Shown in pieces: positions 37,687 to 46,790 of a DNA stretch of 64,000 nt (positions are counted from its first letter, which is position 1; each line of letters starts with the position of its first letter). The translations under genes and the position numbers were made by a program. Source of the stretch: an uncultured Myxococcales bacterium (GTDB lineage: Bacteria > Myxococcota > UBA4151); the NCBI GenBank assembly GCA_964013405.1, contig CAXGWI010000005.1, forward strand, positions 3,411 to 67,410, read 5' to 3'. Under the pieces are notes generated by a model that saw only the letters and a program-made list of their open reading frames with translations, was not told where the DNA came from and ran no database searches.

Positions 37687-40050
37687 TTACGGCGCTGTTA
37701 GGCGAGCATCAAAACGCCAATCAGCATCATAAAATCCCGTCGCGACCAAGCCTCGGTCGCTCCAGGCGAGAAAGTCGGGGAAGCCGCTGCGACTGGAGTA
37801 GGGCAGGATCTCAAAGAGCAGGTCTTCTTTGCCGGTCGGCGCAGCGAGCACCGCCGAGAGCCGGCCGTCTTCCTCAAAGAGGGAGAAAAAGGCGCCGTCC
37901 CGTTGGCGCTGATCTCGATAGTAGATGCCCTCGTCATCCCAACGAAAAGGGAAGTCATCGGGGAGGTTGAGTTGGTCCTGGGGGACCGCCACGTAGATCG
38001 TGTTCCTGCCTGCATCGATGGCCTCTTGGCGCCGACTCATGGGCAGGGTGCATGCTTGTCCGTTGCCGATCACATTCCATTGACCCGCATGGTGGGCGGC
38101 CACAGCCGCGGCAGGCCCTCGGTCGTCATCACTGACGATGAAGCAGAAGGGGCGGCGATAGACTTCGTTGTAGGGGCCATGGACCCCAGGGCGCTTGCCG
38201 GTTTGGGGGCCATATTCGATGTCGCCCGTGGTCACTGGGATGACTTCACCGTCCACCTCAATCTCGGCGATACCCTTCGCCGTGAGGCCATCACCATCGA
38301 GGATCATGCTGCGGACGTTGACCGTCTCGAGGATGACCCGGTCAGCCTCCTGTCGGCTACGTAGTTCCAGGTCTGCCTCGGGGCTTAGCGCTGAGCGCAA
38401 GCGAACGTAGGCGTGATGTTCGGCGTAAGCAGCGTTCGGGCTGATGAAATCGAAGTCGAGTTCGAAGGGATCCAGGCTGCGGGCCTCCATGAAGTCGAAG
38501 AGGGGCTGCCAGTCGACGCAGTCGACGCCTTCGGAGACATCGCCGTTCCACCAATGCCCTTTGCCGGGCTCCTCATGGTAGGCAACATCATCCGTATGCT
38601 GGCGAGCCGCCTCCACGAGGTTGCGACCCTCTCGGACGGGCACATTGTCATCGGCGTCCGCATGGATCACGTAGACGCCACGCCGGGCGATGTTGGAGAG
38701 GTAATTCAGGGTGTCGGAGTGGGCCCGGGAGCGAGCAAAAAGCCCGCTGGGCCGCTGGGAGCCACCATAGGAATAAAAGCTCTCCCAGCCGGCGCTGGGG
38801 CCCAGCGTCGCAAAGCGGCCCGGCATCATGACGCCATTGTGCCAGGTGCCGTGTCCGCCCATGGAGTGACCGGTGACATAAACACGAGTGTCATCGATGT
38901 TGAAGCGGTCCATGGCGTTGTCGAGCGAGTGAAGGGCGTTGAAATGACCCCACTCCTCCCAGTCGAAGCCGAAGGGACGGCGGTTGGTCGCGGCGACGAC
39001 ATAGTTCCAATCCCGCTGAGAGTAACTGCGGGCCTGACCGATAGCTTCGACACTGGCCCCATGAAGGCTCAGAACCAGCGCATAGTCCCGCTCGGCGTCG
39101 AAGTTTTTAGGCGGTTGAACCCCGTAGTACTGCACCGAGCCATCTTGAGGGCTGATGAAGCTACGGCGATAATGTTTGGTGCTCTCAATGACGGTGTAAT
39201 CTTGTGTGTGCTGGTAGCGGTAGATGAGCCCATCTGCTTCCACCTCAATGGTGATGGGGATGACCGACTCTGGCCCGGTCCACGGCGCCTTCGGCCGGAT
39301 CTCAAAGGCCAGTTGCGTGAGGGTGTAGGAGCCCATGCCGGGAAACACCGTCGTGGTGGCTTCGACGTGGTCACTTTCAAGAACTCGGCAGCGAACATTC
39401 CCAAGCAACTGGGGCGTGATGTTGAGGACCGGCATGCCCAGATAGAGGGGGCTGCCATCCCCTTCCCGCAGGTCGCTGAAGGTGCGGTCTCGAGGATTGA
39501 AGATCAGTTCGTGGCCCGTGATAAAAAGTTGAATCTTGGCGTTGCCCCGGCCGCCCGTGAGTTGAGCGGCGATCAGGTGTTCGCCCGGTTCGTCAGCCAG
39601 GGGGATTCGGTGTTTGCCGCTGCCGTAAATATCCGCCGGTTGGGCCCGGCCGTTCACGTAGACCGTGTAGCCCCGATCCACCCGAGCAAACAGGCGTTCT
39701 CCTTCGCTTAGGTCGATTTTTGCGACCGCCCAATAGAGAGTCCGTTGGGAGGTGGGTAAATCCCCCTCTTCCGTCGCCCGAATCCGCTCCCAGTCGACGG
39801 CGTAGCGGCGATCGGAGCCAACCTCGGGGTACTCCAGGCGGTTCCAGCGCACATCCCGCTCTAAGGCCTGATTATCCGTGTTGCCGATACGTCCCAGCAT
39901 CCACTCATCGGGCAGGACCTGAATCACCTCTTCTTCGGGAGCCAGCTCAGGCCCCTTTGGCACGACGGGGCCGGCATCTTGCGCTGGTGTGGGCTCCTCG
40001 GCTGGACAGGCAGTGAGGAGGAGAAAGCAAAGGGGGATCAGGCGTAGCAT
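37687..40050 (-). CDS. Large secreted lipoprotein with alpha/beta-hydrolase (esterase/peptidase-like) domain
   Basis: GGGAG Shine-Dalgarno before ATG 40050. Signal MLRLIPLCFLLLTAC. Nucleophile elbow VTGHSMGGHGTW. The N-terminal ~400 aa and C-terminal ~230 aa are unassigned. The track ORF extends 31 codons upstream. Confidence 0.6.
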   Translation of the reverse strand: MLRLIPLCFLLLTACPAEEPTPAQDAGPVVPKGPELAPEEEVIQVLPDEWMLGRIGNTDNQALERDVRWNRLEYPEVGSDRRYAVDWERIRATEEGDLPTSQRTLYWAVAKIDLSEGERLFARVDRGYTVYVNGRAQPADIYGSGKHRIPLADEPGEHLIAAQLTGGRGNAKIQLFITGHELIFNPRDRTFSDLREGDGSPLYLGMPVLNITPQLLGNVRCRVLESDHVEATTTVFPGMGSYTLTQLAFEIRPKAPWTGPESVIPITIEVEADGLIYRYQHTQDYTVIESTKHYRRSFISPQDGSVQYYGVQPPKNFDAERDYALVLSLHGASVEAIGQARSYSQRDWNYVVAATNRRPFGFDWEEWGHFNALHSLDNAMDRFNIDDTRVYVTGHSMGGHGTWHNGVMMPGRFATLGPSAGWESFYSYGGSQRPSGLFARSRAHSDTLNYLSNIARRGVYVIHADADDNVPVREGRNLVEAARQHTDDVAYHEEPGKGHWWNGDVSEGVDCVDWQPLFDFMEARSLDPFELDFDFISPNAAYAEHHAYVRLRSALSPEADLELRSRQEADRVILETVNVRSMILDGDGLTAKGIAEIEVDGEVIPVTTGDIEYGPQTGKRPGVHGPYNEVYRRPFCFIVSDDDRGPAAAVAAHHAGQWNVIGNGQACTLPMSRRQEAIDAGRNTIYVAVPQDQLNLPDDFPFRWDDEGIYYRDQRQRDGAFFSLFEEDGRLSAVLAAPTGKEDLLFEILPYSSRSGFPDFLAWSDRGLVATGFYDADWRFDARLTAP

Positions 40051-40160
40051 AGGGGACTCCCGGGGAGGGGAAGGTAGCCCCAAGCCGGGGGCTTTTCCAC
40101 ATCTCCTTGACCCCCGCGTCCCCGCGGGGCAGGCGCAGACCAAAGGGAGTGAGGAAGCCC

Positions 40161-40397
40161 ATGGGTCTTGTCGGTATTCGTTTGGACGCCTTGAAAGCCC
40201 TGCTCGCTGCCGTTCACAATGAACAGTTGCCCTGCCCGCTCAGCCCCGATGCGCTTGCTTGTCAGGGCTTTCAGGACCTCAGCGAACAGATTCTTGCCAG
40301 TCTACGAGGCCTCGAAGAAGAGGCCGTTCGAGCGGTTCTTGTGGCGGTGATTGCCGAGCGTCTCTCCGTACTCGATCAGACCATCGGGTCCGCGTGA
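40161..40397 (+). CDS. Small hypothetical protein (79 aa) translationally coupled to the sirtuin gene
   Basis: GGAGTGAGGAAG Shine-Dalgarno 4-15 nt before ATG 40161. Predicted helical, with no signal peptide. The TGA stop (40395-40397) overlaps GTG 40394 of the Sir2 ORF. Confidence 0.4.
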   Translation: MGLVGIRLDALKALLAAVHNEQLPCPLSPDALACQGFQDLSEQILASLRGLEEEAVRAVLVAVIAERLSVLDQTIGSA

Positions 40398-41143
40398 GCC
40401 CAGCGGAGCACGTGGCTGCCTGGCTGCGTCAGGCGAATCGAGTTCTCTTCATCACCGGCGCAGGTTTGTCTGCCGAGAGTGGCTTGCCCACTTATCGGGG
40501 GGTGGGTGGTCTCTATGAGGACGCAGAGACCCCTGAGGGCCTGAGCATTGAGCAGGCGCTTTCTGGGGGCATGCTGCGCCGTGACCCGGCGCTGTGTTGG
40601 AAATACATCGCGCAGATCGAGAATGCCTGCCGTGGTGCGATGCCCAATCGGGCGCACGAGTTGATCGCCGCCTTTCAGGAACGGGTCGAGACCTGGGTCC
40701 TCACCCAGAATGTCGACGGGTTTCATGGTCAGGCTGGCAGCGATCACGTGATTCCCATTCATGGCGATATCCATGAACTCTACTGCCCATCATGTGGTTG
40801 GGAGGATTGGGTTCATGACTATGCAGAGCTCCCCATGCCGCCCCATTGCCCTCGCTGCCGAGCCATCATTCGGCCACGGGTGGTGCTTTTTGGGGAGATG
40901 CTGCCGCCGGCCGCCGTTGGATGCCTTAATCAGCAACTTCAACAGGGCTTTGATCTCGTCTTTAGCGTGGGCACGACCAGCGGCTTTTCTTATATCGCCC
41001 AGCCCGTGCTGATGGCCGCAGCACAGGGGGTGCCGACGGTGGAGATCAACCCAGGAGAGACGCCGGTGTCACCCCATGTCAGGCAGCGCTTTTCCTGCGG
41101 TGCTGTGGAGGCCTTGGAGGCGATTTGGGCGGCCTGGCGGTGA
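40394..41143 (+). CDS. cobB: NAD-dependent protein deacylase, Sir2 family (CobB-like sirtuin)
   Basis: GAGLSAESGLPTYRG. QNVDGFH. A Zn ribbon CPSCG...CPRC. VVLFGEMLP. VGTTSGFSYIAQP. The track ORF starts at 40259, but the N-terminal 45 aa are Arg/Ser-rich and overlap the small upstream ORF. A GTG at 40394 gives a canonical ~250-aa sirtuin. Confidence 0.8.
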   Translation: MSPAEHVAAWLRQANRVLFITGAGLSAESGLPTYRGVGGLYEDAETPEGLSIEQALSGGMLRRDPALCWKYIAQIENACRGAMPNRAHELIAAFQERVETWVLTQNVDGFHGQAGSDHVIPIHGDIHELYCPSCGWEDWVHDYAELPMPPHCPRCRAIIRPRVVLFGEMLPPAAVGCLNQQLQQGFDLVFSVGTTSGFSYIAQPVLMAAAQGVPTVEINPGETPVSPHVRQRFSCGAVEALEAIWAAWR

Positions 41144-41200
41144 TCCTTCTCAAGCCGCGCTAGGCTGACTCCTCACCAAGCTCCGACCCGACCCAACCCT

Positions 41201-43168
41201 TTAGGGACAGACGCCCATCCCGGGCGGCATGGGCATGCACCCACCCGCCATGCAGCAGGGGGTCTCTTCGGGGCATGGAGGGAGGCCATCGCCGCATTGC
41301 TCAAGGGGGCCAGGTGTGCAGACACCATCGATGCAAGTTCCGCCATCTTGGCAGGGGTTCTCCTCGGAGCATTCGTTCGGCGGTGCGCAGGCTCCAGTCA
41401 TGCAGACGAGGCCGTCGGGACACTCGGGCAAGCCATCGCCGCATTCCTCAAGAGGTCCGGGTGCGCAGATGCCGTCGATGCAGGTTCCGCCATCTTGGCA
41501 GGGGTTTTCATCAGAACATTCGGTCGGCGGTGTGCAGGCTCCAGCCATGCAGATTTCACCCTCCGCGCAATCGTCATCGGCTTCGCAGGGCACAGGGTCA
41601 CAGTTGGTCTCGTCGTAAATACAGCCACAAGCCATCATGTCGCAGCGGTCGATGGTACAGGCTCGTCCATCGTCGCAATCCAGATCACTCTTGCAAGCGG
41701 TACGGAGGTCTTGGGGAAAGACGGGGGGATCTACCTCTTCCGGGAATTCCACCCGGCGATTGATGGGGGAGCCACAGGTCACTTTGACCGTTGAAGATGG
41801 GTTCAATTCCGGGCCGACGATGCGTACATTTTGTGGGTTTTCGAGCACATGCGCTCTCGATAACTCGAGTGTCACCTGCCCAAAAGCCCGGGTTCGAGCG
41901 GTGCCGAGACCGTTATTGTCTGCTCGTTCTGTGTAGACGCTGTGCTCGGTTTTGACCTCGGGGGTCCCTAGGTTGTGCAGGGGTTGTCCGATGGTGAAGG
42001 TTTGAAAGGTTGCGACCGTGTTGTAATGACCCGCAAAGCGGCTATGTGCGACGCCGTCACTCCAGAAGCGGCCACTGTCGAGTTCGCAAGCAAGGCCAAG
42101 GCCAATACTGCAGCCTGGGAGTTCGAGGCCGCCCATGTTGACGCCGAAGGTGAGGTTGCAACTGACGGTGGGGGCTTGGGTACTGCAACTGATCGCACTG
42201 CCGCCGATCGCCGCCTTGCTTTTATCTTCCTGGGAGTAGTTCGTGCCACCAGAGAAGTCAGGGAGTCGAAGGGTGACCTTCGATTGTGCATTGGCATTTT
42301 GATTGCCTAAGAGGGGCAGGGTGGTGCTGTAAGCACGACTTTGCAAAAGGGAATTCGCATGAGATGTGCCACCGACTTGTACGGAGACCTGGCCGCAGGC
42401 ACCGGCTCCATCTTCGGCGAAAGCGCAGCGAAGGGCTGGGCTGACCGACCGGCGACAACTGTTGCCTGCTATGGCCGAAACAGAGCCATTTCGCGCGACG
42501 CCCATGCCACCACATCCCGCTGTCGATCGTTGCTCATTGCTATAGGCGTATCCCGTGCCTGTGCATGCCTCACCGACGCGGGCAAAACCTGCCGTAGGCC
42601 GATCCTCGGTGATGCTTTGCGGCGAGACGACAAAGCTGCAGGAGACGAGGCATTGATGGCATCGACCGACGGTGGCTTCGTTGGCGAGGACGGTTAGCGC
42701 CTGTGTTCCCAGAAGTTCCCGGTCTCTAAGGTAGGCACCGTAAAGAAAGGCATGGACTCGATTCGTTGGGTCGTAGGCGCGAAAATACACGAGGGCCTCG
42801 AACCAGCGCAATTGGCGGTCCATTCCCTGCTCCTCGAACTGGTCTGCGTAGGCCTCGATATTTTCATTCACACCCGGCGGCATCACGACCAGATGTTGAT
42901 GAACTCGGACCGGGCGGCTCACGCTTTCACCCAGGATGGAAATATCGCCTTGAGCAAGGGAGGCCATCATCGATTCGCTCAAGTCTGTGAGTCCTTGTCG
43001 TTCAAGGTACTCTTTCGCTGAGATGATCTCGCCAGCATCGAGCTGACTCGCCGTCTCATAAAGTGCCCCTTGGCTGCGACGTTCCCAGGCTGCAGGGGCA
43101 GTGGGCTCCTGAGGCAGCTGCTCAATGCAGCCTGTCAGCGTGATGGAAAAGACAATGAGCATCCTCAT
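41201..43168 (-). CDS. Large lipoprotein with C-terminal Cys-rich 49-aa tandem repeats (EGF/defensin-like disulfide modules)
   Basis: Signal with lipobox ITLTGC. The C-terminus contains ECSDENPCQDGGTCIDGICAPGPLEECGDGLPECPDGLVCMTGACAPPN repeated near-identically, ending ...GCMPMPPGMGVCP. Confidence 0.6.
   Translation of the reverse strand: MRMLIVFSITLTGCIEQLPQEPTAPAAWERRSQGALYETASQLDAGEIISAKEYLERQGLTDLSESMMASLAQGDISILGESVSRPVRVHQHLVVMPPGVNENIEAYADQFEEQGMDRQLRWFEALVYFRAYDPTNRVHAFLYGAYLRDRELLGTQALTVLANEATVGRCHQCLVSCSFVVSPQSITEDRPTAGFARVGEACTGTGYAYSNEQRSTAGCGGMGVARNGSVSAIAGNSCRRSVSPALRCAFAEDGAGACGQVSVQVGGTSHANSLLQSRAYSTTLPLLGNQNANAQSKVTLRLPDFSGGTNYSQEDKSKAAIGGSAISCSTQAPTVSCNLTFGVNMGGLELPGCSIGLGLACELDSGRFWSDGVAHSRFAGHYNTVATFQTFTIGQPLHNLGTPEVKTEHSVYTERADNNGLGTARTRAFGQVTLELSRAHVLENPQNVRIVGPELNPSSTVKVTCGSPINRRVEFPEEVDPPVFPQDLRTACKSDLDCDDGRACTIDRCDMMACGCIYDETNCDPVPCEADDDCAEGEICMAGACTPPTECSDENPCQDGGTCIDGICAPGPLEECGDGLPECPDGLVCMTGACAPPNECSEENPCQDGGTCIDGVCTPGPLEQCGDGLPPCPEETPCCMAGGCMPMPPGMGVCP
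41204..41600. repeat. 147-bp direct tandem repeat (about 2.5 copies) encoding the Cys-rich C-terminal modules
   Basis: Units starting near 41286 and 41433 are nearly identical at the DNA level (ccatcgccgcattgctcaag... and ccatcgccgcattcctcaag...). A degenerate partial copy follows. Confidence 0.6.
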
Positions 43169-43953
43169 GGCAAGGCTCCGCAGTCGCCCAGATCAACGCA
43201 GCTTGAGCCTCTGACACAGGCGACGACCTCGGGCGTCCATTGCCCTCGGCACTGCTCAAGACAGTCGCCGATGTCGGCACCGTCGATCACCGCACAGGCA
43301 TTCATGATGCCACAGGACTGCTCGCAGAGGTCGACGGGATCGAAACAAGGCTCAAGGGCATCACATGAGGCGGCCTCCACGCACGTTCGCAGGTCGGAAT
43401 CCCCCTGATCAGCGCAGTCCAAAATGCAGGTCTCACGGGTCACGGCGTCCCCCAAGCAACTCACGAGTTTATCGCAATAGCTTACGCAGGTCGTTTGCTC
43501 GGCCTCAAGGCATGCCGCAGCGTCCTCACAGGAAGCAGCCTCCAGGCAGTCGAGCGCGTTTTCGCTAAGGGCATCGCAGTGAAAGTTTGCTCCAAAGACA
43601 CTTTCATCGCCGCAGTTGTCACGACGGTTGCTGAGTGCGTGGCAGCGGTCCGCTTGGTTTTGGCGAAAGCAACTGCCCATTTGGTCGCAGGTTCTCTCTT
43701 TGAGACAGGTCAACTGCTCTGCAGGCACGGACGCGGTGCATTGACTCATACATTGCTCGTACATGGGGCCGGGGTCACCGCTGGTTTCACAGTCCGCCAT
43801 CCGAGCGCAGGCATCACCACAAGGACTGCCGTCGCTGAGAGGGACAGGCTCCACGGGAGGCGGCGGCTCGGCGGGACAGGCACTCCACACGATGAGCAGC
43901 GCAAAATGACAAGTGAGTCGTCGCAAAATACAGGTCTCCCGTCTTCTACCCAT
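43165..43953 (-). CDS. Cys-rich secreted lipoprotein (hypothetical), first gene of a two-gene operon
   Basis: Signal with lipobox LLIVWSAC. About 36 Cys in 262 aa, in CxxxxC patterns. The stop overlaps the start of the downstream lipoprotein gene (43165-43168). Confidence 0.55.
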   Translation of the reverse strand: MGRRRETCILRRLTCHFALLIVWSACPAEPPPPVEPVPLSDGSPCGDACARMADCETSGDPGPMYEQCMSQCTASVPAEQLTCLKERTCDQMGSCFRQNQADRCHALSNRRDNCGDESVFGANFHCDALSENALDCLEAASCEDAAACLEAEQTTCVSYCDKLVSCLGDAVTRETCILDCADQGDSDLRTCVEAASCDALEPCFDPVDLCEQSCGIMNACAVIDGADIGDCLEQCRGQWTPEVVACVRGSSCVDLGDCGALP

Positions 43954-44003
43954 ACCAGGCAGCTTCCAAAGTGACCAGATAAGGGTGAATTGCCCCCGAA
44001 GGA

Positions 44004-45122
44004 TCAGGGCTGTTCAGGCTGAGGTGGACCGCTGCCGACCACGGGGCCCGACCGCTTTGCATTGAGTTCAATGATGGGCGGAAACCGGCGGGATGCGCCC
44101 GGCGGTAGGGGGGCGAAACGATCCGCTGGGATGCCCCGGATTTTGAGGGCTGCGGCCACCTCTTCAAGGGGCTGGTCTTGTCCCTCCATCCCAAGCTTGA
44201 AGGTTCCATAGTGGACTGGGATCGCTGCGGCTGCGCCACACTCCACAAAGCCTTCGACGGCCTCATCCGGATTCACGTGGACCGAGCGCATCATGCCGTT
44301 GGGGAGATAAGCGCCGATGGGCATGACGGCTAAACGGGGTGGTCCGAGGCGCTCGAGGACTTGACGGAAGTGAGGGCCGCTGGCGGTATCGCCGGCGTAA
44401 TACATAAGGCCGCTGGGGGTCTGCAGGGCCCAGCCCATCCAAAGGGTTCGGTCTCGGTCGAAAAGCCCTCGGGAGGAGAAGTGCTGGGCTGGAATGCCAT
44501 GGAGGATGCGTCCCTCGCCGAGATCGAAGACCTGCCACCAGTCGGAAGCTTCGACCCGTTCAATCCCTGCATCTCGAACCAGGTGTTCCACGCCGAGGGG
44601 GACGAAGAGCCGGGCCGGGTGCTCATCCATCAGACGCTTGAGGGTGGGCAGATCCGTGTGGTCGTAATGGTTGTGACTGATCACGATGGCATCGATGGGT
44701 GGTAAATCCTCAAAGTCGATGCCCGGCGGATGAAACCGATGGGGGCCCGCAAAGGAAAATGGGCTCGCTCGATCAGACCAATGGGGATCGGTGAGCAGAT
44801 TGATTCCCTCGGTTTGAATGAGCACCGTCGAGTGGCCCACAAAGGTGGCCACCATCTCGGCGCCGTCGACTCGGTCTTGGGGCTTCGCCTTTGTCTCGAT
44901 CGCTCGGGGCGACCAGGTGCTGTTCTTCGTCTCCCAGGCCGTCTTCATCGCCCGGAGGGGATCCCGCAGGCGGGGTACTTGATTGATGAACTTTTTGCCG
45001 TCGAAGTTACGCTGCGTCGGGCCGTTGTGGCCCTCCGCACTTAAATGCCAGCCCACCAAAGCGGTCGTGAGCCCCAGGAGAACCAGACCCAGGCCGAGGA
45101 ACTTCAGAATGACTCGGATCAT
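44004..45122 (-). CDS. MBL-fold metallo-hydrolase (NAPE-PLD-like, Zn-dependent) with N-terminal membrane anchor
   Basis: HSTVLIQTEG...LLTDPHWSDRASP...IDAIVISHNHYDHTD contains the HxHxDH-type metal-binding motif. The start ATG 45122 overlaps the TrmH stop (ATGA). Confidence 0.7.
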   Translation of the reverse strand: MIRVILKFLGLGLVLLGLTTALVGWHLSAEGHNGPTQRNFDGKKFINQVPRLRDPLRAMKTAWETKNSTWSPRAIETKAKPQDRVDGAEMVATFVGHSTVLIQTEGINLLTDPHWSDRASPFSFAGPHRFHPPGIDFEDLPPIDAIVISHNHYDHTDLPTLKRLMDEHPARLFVPLGVEHLVRDAGIERVEASDWWQVFDLGEGRILHGIPAQHFSSRGLFDRDRTLWMGWALQTPSGLMYYAGDTASGPHFRQVLERLGPPRLAVMPIGAYLPNGMMRSVHVNPDEAVEGFVECGAAAAIPVHYGTFKLGMEGQDQPLEEVAAALKIRGIPADRFAPLPPGASRRFPPIIELNAKRSGPVVGSGPPQPEQP

Positions 45123-45793
45123 ACCGACCACTGGCTCCGAAAGCGTTGCTCGATTTCTGCCACATTGGGAATGACCCCGCGGCACCAATGGAGAAAAATA
45201 TCTATTTTTTCTTCCTCGCTGAGCCCCCAGTCGAGGCCGCTGACCTGGAGTCGAGTGCGTAGGTCATAGAGACCGAGGGCCACGCTGACCGAGAGATTAA
45301 AGCTCTCCGCAAAGCCATACATGGGCAGCCGGACCACGTGATCTGCCATCTCCAAAACCGTCTGGCTTAAGCCTGGCTTTTCTTCGCCGAAGCAAAGGGC
45401 CAGCGGTCGGTCGATGGGCAGATCGGCCAGGGTTTGATCGGTGTGCGGTGTGGTGGCGACCAGTTGATAGCCTTTGGCTCGCAGGGCCTCAAAGCAGTCC
45501 ACAGCGTTCGGGTAGCGAAAGGTACTCACCCAACGCTGACTTCCCATGGCGATGTCTTTATTGGGCTGAAAGCGGTTGTTCAACTCGATGAGGTGAAGAT
45601 CCTGGAGCCCAAAGGCATCGCAGGAGCGAATCACAGCGCTGGCGTTATGGGGTTGGAAGATGTTTTCGAGGACCACGGTCAGGTGGCGAGTGCGTTGATC
45701 GAGAACGTCTCGGAAGCGAGTCACTTTGTGCTCGCTGAGCCACTGGCCGCTCAGATGGGCCATCAGTGCCGCGTCGTAGTGTCGCTCCATCAC
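45119..45793 (-). CDS. trmH: tRNA (guanosine-2'-O)-methyltransferase, SpoU/TrmH family
   Basis: LTVVLENIFQPHNASAVIRSCDAFGLQDLHLI, plus the SPOUT C-terminal motifs (LALCFGEEKPGLS, NLSVSVALGLY). Confidence 0.8.
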   Translation of the reverse strand: MMERHYDAALMAHLSGQWLSEHKVTRFRDVLDQRTRHLTVVLENIFQPHNASAVIRSCDAFGLQDLHLIELNNRFQPNKDIAMGSQRWVSTFRYPNAVDCFEALRAKGYQLVATTPHTDQTLADLPIDRPLALCFGEEKPGLSQTVLEMADHVVRLPMYGFAESFNLSVSVALGLYDLRTRLQVSGLDWGLSEEEKIDIFLHWCRGVIPNVAEIEQRFRSQWSV

Positions 45794-45872
45794 GCTTTCG
45801 TTGCCCCCTGGGTCGACTTACCGTTGAGGCCAGGGCCTAGTCATGGTCAAGGCCTGCGCTCAGGAGATCATC

Positions 45873-46790
45873 ATGTCCATACGAAGCAAAGTGATCTGGA
45901 TGAACGGGGAACTCGTTCCTTACGACGAAGCCAACGTTCATATCCTCTCCCACACCCTGCATTATGGCTTGGGCTTGTTTGAAGGAATTCGCAGTTATGC
46001 CCAAGAGGGTGGTGGCGGCGGCGTCTTTCATTTGGATGCCCACTTGGATCGCCTCTACGACAGTGCCAAGATGTGCCACATCCAAGTGCCGGTTGCCAAA
46101 GAGGCGTTGCGCCAAGCCTGTCTGGAGACCCTGCGGGCCAACGACTTCGATGAAGCCTATATTCGACCCCTCATCCACTTAGGCCACGGGGCCATGGGCC
46201 TTGGAGCTCGTAGCAATCCCGTCCACGTGAGCGTGGCCACTTGGGAGTGGGGGGCCTATCTCGGCGCCGAAGGTCTAGAAAAAGGGATCAGCGTGGGGAC
46301 CTCCTCCTTTGCTCGCCACGCGGTGGGTTCGACCCTGCAGCGAGCCAAGGTCGTCGGCCACTACGTGAACTCGATCCTCGCTCGCTATGAAGCCAACGAT
46401 AATGGCTTCGACGAGGCGGTGATGCTCGACGCCACCGGCCTGGTGGCCGAGGGCACCGGCGAAAACATCTTCGCCATCAAAAACGGTGTGGTGAAGACCC
46501 CATCCGTTACCAATATTCTCGCCGGGATCACCCGCCGGACCGCGATCCAGATGTTGGAGCACCTCGGTTACACGGTGCAAGAGACCTTGTTTGGTCGGGA
46601 CGCCCTTTATGTGGCCGATGAGGTCTTCATGACCGGGACCGCTGCTGAGATCACGCCGGTGCGGGAAGTGGACCGGCGCCCGGTCGGTGCGGGGCAGCGG
46701 GGCCCGATCACCGAGGCCTTGCAGTCTCTCTATGCCGAGGGTGTTCGGGGTCGGGTCGACTGGATGCGGCCCATGATTACGACCTACTGA
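45873..46790 (+). CDS. ilvE: Branched-chain amino acid aminotransferase (PLP fold type IV)
   Basis: IWMNGELVPYDEANVHILSHTLHYGLGLFEGIRSY. The EGxGxNxF-type motif AEGTGENIFAIKNG. The track ORF starts at 45843. Confidence 0.85.
   Translation: MSIRSKVIWMNGELVPYDEANVHILSHTLHYGLGLFEGIRSYAQEGGGGGVFHLDAHLDRLYDSAKMCHIQVPVAKEALRQACLETLRANDFDEAYIRPLIHLGHGAMGLGARSNPVHVSVATWEWGAYLGAEGLEKGISVGTSSFARHAVGSTLQRAKVVGHYVNSILARYEANDNGFDEAVMLDATGLVAEGTGENIFAIKNGVVKTPSVTNILAGITRRTAIQMLEHLGYTVQETLFGRDALYVADEVFMTGTAAEITPVREVDRRPVGAGQRGPITEALQSLYAEGVRGRVDWMRPMITTY

Noticed and set aside
38413-39711. 432-aa plus-strand ORF
   Set aside because: Antisense to the alpha/beta-hydrolase lipoprotein gene, with no domain signal.
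40259-40393. N-terminal extension of the Sir2 ORF
   Set aside because: Arg/Ser-rich, with no sirtuin homology, and overlaps a separate small ORF that has its own RBS. The GTG at 40394 gives a canonical sirtuin length.
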